Shown piece by piece: positions 6,341 to 11,310 of a DNA stretch of 11,310 nucleotides. The stretch is from NCBI GenBank assembly GCA_043732485.1, contig JAYTHP010000166.1:1-11310 (forward strand), given 5' to 3'. A model generated the notes under the pieces. It was not told the DNA's origin. It was given only the letters and a program-made list of their open reading frames with translations, and did no database searches. The stretch's first letter is position 1. Each line of letters begins with the position of its first letter. The translations under genes and the position numbers were made by a program. This DNA comes from Oligoflexia bacterium. GTDB taxonomy: Bacteria > Bdellovibrionota > UBA1018.

Positions 6341-8233
6341 ATGCTGGAAGTCTTAAAGATCCGCAATATTGCCTTAATCGCGATGGCTGAGGTCAGTTTC
6401 AAGCCTGGGCTTAATATCATCTCCGGGGAAACGGGCGCCGGGAAGTCGATTTTACTGGAAGCCATTGCCTTAATTTTAGGGGGTCGCGCGAGCCATGATT
6501 TGATTCGCGCGGGCTGTGAGGAAGCGCAAGTGGAGGGGTTGTTTGATTTAACGGACTTGCCTTTCATGCATGCCAGGCTTGCGAGGCTAGGGTTTAAGCC
6601 GACGGCCAGTGAGCTGCTGATTAAGCGCTTGGTTCATCGCTCGGGCAAGCATCGCATTTGGATCAACGGCGAGCTTGCCACCCTCTCGTTGCTGCAACAG
6701 CTGGCAGAAGGGTTAGTCGATTTATGCTCGCAGCACGAGCACCAATCGCTGTTAAAGCCTTGGGTGCAGCTAGAGTTACTTGATCGTTACGGCGAGTCCA
6801 GCGAGCTTGCAGCCAGCGTGATTGCGCAATACGGGCAATGGAAGGCTTTGGAGCGGGAAAAAGAGGCTTTAAAAAAGCTGCAATCCGAACAACTGCAGCG
6901 CGCCGATTTCTTAAGTTTTCAGATCCGCGAGATTCGCGAGGCGCAACTGAGTCTCGGGGAAGAAGAGCAGTTGACCGCTGAAAAGCGCTTATTGCACTCG
7001 GCGGAAGTGCGCGGGGTGTGCGCAGACAGCGCCTTGAAGCTGCTGGAAGGGGACGAAGGCGGTGGGGTGCTGCAGGCCTTGCAAGCGGCTTTGCAAAAAG
7101 TGCGTCAGCTCAAGCAGCTTGACGTCCACGTCACGGTGATTTTTGAGAGTCTGGAGCGCGGCTTAGTGGAAACGGAAGACGCTTGCTTGGCCTTGAGTCG
7201 GTATGCCCACGCAGTGGAGGTGCATCCGGAGCGACTGCAGATGATCCAAGATCGTTTGACGCTGATGGGTGATTTACAAAAGAAATATGGGCCTCAATTA
7301 GCCGATGTGCTGACATTTTTGCAGCAACTGGAGCAAGATTTTGAGTCGCTCGAGAACGTCGGTGCGCGGCTTGAGCAGTGTCAAAAGCGCAGTGAGGAGG
7401 GCCGCGTTGAACTAGAAGCGGCCGCCGAACGCTTATCGCAACGACGGCAACAAGCACAAGTCGCCTTAGGTCAGGCTGTGACCCAGGAGTTGCAAGATCT
7501 GAACATGGAAGGCGCGCAAGTCCTAGTCGAGCTCACCCATGCCTCCTCACTCCGGGAGTGGACGAATGCGAGTCGCGATCAGGTGCAGTTGCTGATTCAA
7601 ACCAACCCGGGCGAACCGGCCCGCTCGCTTGCCAAGATCATCTCAGGCGGGGAATTATCGCGCCTGATGCTGGCTTTTCGGCGGGTGGTGACTCATCCCA
7701 CCGGTATTGGCGTTTATCTGTTTGACGAGATCGATGCTGGCATGGGCGGCTCGACGGCCTTTGAGGTGGGGAAAAAACTGAAACTGGTCTCAAGCAACCA
7801 CCAGGTCTTATGCATCACCCACTTGCCGCAGGTGGCAGCGTTTGCCGATCACCACTTGCGGGTCGCGAAAAAAGTGGCAGGCCAACGCACCCGGACCGAG
7901 ATCCTCGAGCTCGCGCCGGAAAAGCGCTTGCAGGAGCTGGCTCGCATGCTGGGAGGCCCGGCGCTGACTGCCGCAAGTCTAGCTAGTGCAGGCGAGCTGG
8001 TGGAACTGGCGCAACGCGCAAAATCGTCTAGCAAGTCAACCCCGAAGCGTGCTGCTTCCTCAGCCCGCCGACGATCACCACCGTCGCCACCAACCACCCC
8101 CGCAGACCCCACGAGAGCGCCGCAGTCACCGGTTAAAAAGTCGAAAAAGTCGCAAGCGCTAGCCACTCAAAGTGGCAGCGGTGTGTCCACCGCGCTAGCA
8201 CCTCGCTCCCGAGCGCACTTTTCTGATTTTTAG
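6341..8233 (+). CDS. recN: DNA repair protein RecN with ~70-aa low-complexity C-terminal extension
   Basis: Walker A GETGAGKS, QHEHQ, coiled coil, signature SGGELSR, Walker B FDEIDAG, ITHLPQVAA and ELARML. Confidence 0.97.
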   Translation: MLEVLKIRNIALIAMAEVSFKPGLNIISGETGAGKSILLEAIALILGGRASHDLIRAGCEEAQVEGLFDLTDLPFMHARLARLGFKPTASELLIKRLVHRSGKHRIWINGELATLSLLQQLAEGLVDLCSQHEHQSLLKPWVQLELLDRYGESSELAASVIAQYGQWKALEREKEALKKLQSEQLQRADFLSFQIREIREAQLSLGEEEQLTAEKRLLHSAEVRGVCADSALKLLEGDEGGGVLQALQAALQKVRQLKQLDVHVTVIFESLERGLVETEDACLALSRYAHAVEVHPERLQMIQDRLTLMGDLQKKYGPQLADVLTFLQQLEQDFESLENVGARLEQCQKRSEEGRVELEAAAERLSQRRQQAQVALGQAVTQELQDLNMEGAQVLVELTHASSLREWTNASRDQVQLLIQTNPGEPARSLAKIISGGELSRLMLAFRRVVTHPTGIGVYLFDEIDAGMGGSTAFEVGKKLKLVSSNHQVLCITHLPQVAAFADHHLRVAKKVAGQRTRTEILELAPEKRLQELARMLGGPALTAASLASAGELVELAQRAKSSSKSTPKRAASSARRRSPPSPPTTPADPTRAPQSPVKKSKKSQALATQSGSGVSTALAPRSRAHFSDF

Positions 8234-8470
8234 CGCCTCAGCTCGGGCCTTGATCTCGGGGAATAGTTTTTTGATGCCTTCAAGGTCGAACATCTGCATC
8301 AGGCGCTGATAGGGGATTCCTTGGTCTGAAGCGATCATTGTTAACTGAGCGATAGTGCTTTCCTCCAGCACCACACTTGTTGGTAGCTTACGGTACTTTT
8401 TTAGCCTCTTTGCCGCCTCACGGATCTTATCTTCCCCAAAACTGACGATTTATTATATTTTTTTGAGCAC
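8195..8470 (-). pseudogene. CopG/BrnA-like (RHH) antitoxin, disrupted
   Basis: A GTG at 8470 directly follows the toxin stop. Translation: MLKKI**IVSFGEDKIREAAKRLKKYRKLPTSVVLEESTIAQLTMIASDQGIPYQRLMQMF..., with TAA TAA at 8455-8450. The A...GIPYQ.L motif is typical of CopG-type antitoxins partnered with BrnT. Confidence 0.75.
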
Positions 8471-8760
8471 TTAGCTGACATACTGCTCATAGAGGTTTCC
8501 CCCCTTTCTACTGGCAGTTCTCGCGCTGATCAATCGCACTTTTCCCTTGCGTAAAGTACAAACCATCATCAAGATTCTTCCTAAGAGGGTTGGCCCTAAT
8601 TTTCCAAACCTGTCCTCATTTGCAAAATTAGGCTCTATCTGTAGATCTCATGAGAGGAGCAATTCACTTCTAAAAACTTCCTCAACCTCCCGCAGCGTCA
8701 CCTTATGCTTTAGTGCTAACGTGAAAAGATTGCCATAATCTCAATCAAAAAAAATCGGCT
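8471..8760 (-). pseudogene. BrnT-family toxin, disrupted
   Basis: A single frame reads FD*DYGN...KHKVTLREVEEVF...*...EDRFGKLGPTLLGRILMMVCTLRKGKVRLISARTASRK...YEQY*. This matches the BrnT pattern FeWD..N..KHg....aeevF...eRf..iG.t..Gr.l.vv.t.R...iRiISAR.A. In-frame TGA codons lie at 8743-8741 (the conserved W) and 8650-8648. The start is uncertain. Confidence 0.85.
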
Positions 8761-8788
8761 TGATGCGAAAATCAGTCCATTGTGGATA

Positions 8789-8840
8789 GCATTTCGCTCT
8801 GATTGCGGGCACTTTCAGCTAGGTCCGAAATGCTGTCTGC
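8789..8840. repeat. ~52-bp dispersed direct repeat, copy A
   Basis: Ungapped manual alignment to 9498-9549 gives 43/52 identities. Internal inverted repeat GCGGGCA..TTTC...GAAA..TGTCTGC. Confidence 0.85.
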
Positions 8841-9114
8841 GCCGAGCGAGATGGCCACCAGGCTTGGATTGACTCCTTGAGCTTAGCGTCGGCTTGATCT
8901 CTTGAGGTCTGCTTGTTCCTCTGTGAGGTTCGCCTTCTTGAAAAAATAAAGTCGATTTTTTTATTTCATGCAACTTTGCGGAAAAAAAATAAATTAATGA
9001 GCGAGTAAAACTAAGCGGTTTATAGGTTCTTCTGGCTTGCGAACAAGACTTACAAATTACTGCGTTTAGTATTACCTTATTTCCGCAACAGGTATGCTTT
9101 TGATTCGATAGGGT

Positions 9115-9422
9115 CTAGGCCGCTGGCTGTAAGTTGACAGCATAAGGAAGTCTTGCTGCGGAAAGCTGCTCATTTAACGCCAGCTTCACCAGCAATGCCG
9201 GAGGCACTCTGCTGGCTAACCCAATGGCGTAGGCTTTTTCTGGACTGACTCGCTTGCAGCTTTTTTCAATCTCATAGAGAGTTAGCAAGTGACATCCCAG
9301 TTTGGCTACCAAAGTCCTTCAGGGTCATCTCCTCGGTTGTTCTCCAAGTGCGAATGAACTCCTTTAAGGTGAGAGTTCCAAGTCTTTTTTGTAGCTCCTT
9401 AGAGCCGTTTTTTTGTATTGAT
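9115..9422 (-). pseudogene. HigA-like XRE helix-turn-helix antitoxin, frameshifted
   Basis: One frame gives GSKELQKRLGTLTLKEFIRTWRTTEEMTLKDFG..GMSLAN; another gives LYEIEKSCKRVSPEKAYAIG....VPPALLVKLALNEQLSAARL...V. Together they form an XRE-HTH broken around 9280-9310. No intact start codon is present. Confidence 0.75.
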
Positions 9423-9497
9423 GCTTATTAACCTCAGTGGCTTCAACTAATATTAAATCCTCGCTTTTACTTTCAGTGTAAATAGACCGGTAAGCGC
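9412..9497 (-). pseudogene. C-terminal fragment of a HigB/RelE-like toxin
   Basis: RAYRSIYTESKSEDLILVEATEVNKHQY resembles the ...aYRaIY...v.v.EVnKHeY end of HigB-like toxins and overlaps the start of the HTH antitoxin. The N-terminal part is missing and repeat copy B sits in its place. Confidence 0.65.
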
Positions 9498-9549
9498 GCA
9501 CTTCTCTCTGATTGCGGCTACTTTTCGCTAGGCCCGAAACGCTGTCCGC
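9498..9549. repeat. ~52-bp dispersed direct repeat, copy B
   Basis: 43/52 identical to 8789-8840; hairpin ATTGCGG..TTTCG-CTAGGCC-CGAAA..CCGCAAT (9511-9552). Confidence 0.85.
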
Positions 9550-9639
9550 AATGGACCAATTTCCGCACCAGCTCTTGTCGTTTATCGGCAAGAAGGAATG
9601 TAAACCATTAAGCAACGACAGGTGATGAAGAAAAAAAGA

Positions 9640-9829
9640 TCAGAAGACCCGTTTAAGCTCTTGTTGAACCAACTGGAGAATAGTCTCTTTCTTTTGATTT
9701 TCTTCTTACTGCCTCTAGGGTATCACCGCCAATCCACGTAGTAATTCTAACTTTTACATTTCTTGGATCAAGCGCACCATCGGTAATTATATCTACTTTT
9801 TTTTATTTAATTTTCTGATTCTTCTTGAT
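9640..9829 (-). pseudogene. BrnA-family antitoxin remnant
   Basis: Reads KKNQKIK*KKVDIITDGALDPRNVKVRITTWIGGDTLEAVRRKSKERDY, then after a frameshift QLVQQELKRVF*. This resembles the BrnA pattern K.riti.iD.dvl..fk....YQtliN..Lr. TAA at 9805-9803. Confidence 0.6.
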
Positions 9830-9919
9830 TTTTATTATATTTATCTATTAAAAATTTTCTATAAAATAATAATAATTTTTGAATATTTTTTAAATTTTTT
9901 TTTATAATTTTTTACTGAC

Positions 9920-10252
9920 TCAGTGCTCAAAAAGAGTGAGACTAGAGCTAGCCGTTGAGCCAGGCGAAAAAATATGACAATGAGAACTCTCGGTTTCTTT
10001 CCAGAAAATATTAACTTCCAAGTCAAGCGATTCGCTTTTTAGGGCTTTAGGGGCCATGTCTATAGAGTGCATAATTTTCTGTTTTTCGTCAAAATTAATT
10101 TTGATAGCGCCAGGCCGTTCTTTAAAAGAGAGGATCATGGTTCCTTTATTGGCAACTCCTGATACACGCCCAGTTGGGTGGAAGGGCAATCCAGCTGGGG
10201 CTCGGTAAGGTGGTTTGGTAAGAAGCCTTTTTGGATGGCGGGTAACCATCAT
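9920..10252 (-). CDS. Hypothetical 110-aa ORF, possibly the 3' part of a degraded gene
   Basis: Open frame only; no recognisable motif. Confidence 0.25.
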   Translation of the reverse strand: MMVTRHPKRLLTKPPYRAPAGLPFHPTGRVSGVANKGTMILSFKERPGAIKINFDEKQKIMHSIDMAPKALKSESLDLEVNIFWKETESSHCHIFSPGSTASSSLTLFEH

Positions 10253-11012
10253 TCTAAGACACAGGTGGCAAGTGAGGCGGTTTTGGTGCGCGGTAAGCTC
10301 CGCAATTGAGAGTTACCAGGGCGTTCGTCGTTAGAAAGGGGAAAGGGGCAGCAGACCTCGTAGGAATCGGTGCGTAAGTCGGAGGCAGTGGGACAAATCC
10401 CTGGCCGGAGTCTGATCGAGCGTCTAAGCCCAGGGCACTCGCGGAGCAGTGAGCGTCACGAACCCGGGGGAGGGAGTCTGCAGTTTTCTCCACGAGAGCT
10501 GCCGTCAGGAGCGGGTCTCAGGCAGAGCCCCAGTGATGATGAGTTGGCGCAGAGGTCTATGAAACCGTAGTTGAAGCGAGGATCGAAGGTAGTTTGACGG
10601 CTCCTTGGTACCGCCGGTAGGGCAACAGGCTACAAGATGGGGCTGACTTCTCGCTCTGCCGCAAGCTCTGATCGTCGTCGTCGTCGGTGGCCAGTTGCCT
10701 TAACAAAAAGCAGTTGAGGTGGGTGCACCTTTTAGCGCAAAGTCCCATGGAGAACAGCGTTTCCAGGAGCGAGGATTTTACCAAAAAAAAGCCGAAGCGC
10801 AGGGTCTTCAAGAGCGGATCTTAACCAGGGCTCAGGTGGTTTCAGGGGGGGATAGGTCCTCTTTGATACTTCTAGGTAAAAGATGCCTATTTATTTAATT
10901 AATATTTATGAAATACTAGTAAGGTACCCGTGTTGGATTGAGCAAGTTGCGTCTAAGGTTCATGGAACTTCATCACTGAAGGATTTTTTGTTTTTTTATT
11001 CCAGGCAGTCAC

Positions 11013-11045
11013 GAGAGAGAGAGTGTGTGTGTGTGTGTGTGTGTG
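11013..11045. repeat. (GA)5(GT)11 dinucleotide microsatellite upstream of fliD
   Basis: GA x5 at 11013-11022 and GT x11 at 11023-11044, ending ~53 nt before the fliD start. Confidence 0.95.
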
Positions 11046-11097
11046 CGTAAGGTAAAGCAATGAATCTAGGGAATGGTGGGAAGAAGGGGTGTGGGTT

Positions 11098-11310
11098 TTG
11101 GGATTAGGGGTGAACGGCACTGGAGGCGGTCAGTTTAAAGGCGCCATCCAGCAAATTATGGAAGCGGAGTCTCAGCCCTTAAAAGCGCTAGAAAAGCGCA
11201 AAGGGATGGAGGATACGCGCCTTAAGCTGTTTCAGGAGTTTAAGTCCAAATTCTCCAGCCTCAACAAGGCTTTACTTGAAATGAACGGCTTTCAGAAGTT
11301 TCGTGAATTG
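11098..11310 (+). CDS. fliD: Flagellar filament cap protein FliD, N-terminal part (truncated by the window end)
   Basis: Not in the ORF track. A TTG start after AAGGGG gives MGLGVNGTGGGQFKGAIQQIMEAESQPLKALEKRKGMEDTRLKLFQEFKSKFSSLNKAL...FREL. This fits the FliD N-terminal pattern (i.qlm.aE..Pl..Le.rk.....kl..f..lksk...l) and the flagellar context. Confidence 0.8.
   Translation, partial: MGLGVNGTGGGQFKGAIQQIMEAESQPLKALEKRKGMEDTRLKLFQEFKSKFSSLNKALLEMNGFQKFREL

Noticed and set aside
116..8738. Short overlapping or antisense ORFs in the track (e.g. 116-316, 149-595, 1903-2106, 2379-2633, 2592-2777, 5482-5736, 7131-7457, 7849-8166, 8547-8738)
   Set aside because: They are shadows of well-supported genes, pseudogenes or low-complexity repeats and have no recognisable motifs.
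8648..8743. TGA at the conserved Trp of BrnT as evidence of an alternative genetic code
   Set aside because: The neighbouring remnants are broken by TAA codons and frameshifts, and the intact genes have no internal TGA. Pseudogenisation is the simpler explanation.
8213..9549. Repeat copies as a CRISPR array
   Set aside because: Copies are ~580-710 bp apart and divergent, and they separate gene remnants. No cas genes are present.
9582..9610. GCCGATAA on the minus strand as a sigma28 promoter
   Set aside because: Perfect -10 but no -35 at the right spacing, and no intact gene downstream.
9364..9615. 83-aa ORF as an intact toxin
   Set aside because: It appears chimeric: only the RAYRSIY...VNKHQY segment is toxin-like. 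The upstream part runs through repeat B, and the tail reads into the antitoxin in another frame.
10933..10950. TTGG...TTGC as a sigma54 promoter for fliD
   Set aside because: The GG-to-GC spacing is 12 nt rather than the required 10.

Overview
Flagellar and housekeeping locus, probably from a Bdellovibrionota-like bacterium. The taxonomic call is inferred from two short 277-aa flagellins starting MGL(R/T)IATN and an MGLG..GGGQFK-type FliD. Order: a secreted hypothetical protein with an HSSF/AGEL/SGHYKP C-terminal domain (+); two tandem flagellins (-), each with a sigma28-type promoter and a long leader; a divergent FlaG-like gene followed by lpxH, nadK and recN (+); then ~1.7 kb of decayed type II toxin-antitoxin genes (-) that the ORF track mostly misses (BrnT plus CopG/BrnA-like antitoxin, HigB/RelE-like fragment plus HigA-like HTH, and a second BrnA-like antitoxin). 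These modules are punctuated by a ~50-bp hairpin-forming repeat. A degenerate ORF region, a (GA)5(GT)11 microsatellite and the 5' end of fliD (+) follow. Intergenic regions carry unusually long hairpins and simple sequence repeats. All family assignments come from motif recognition by eye; no searches were run.
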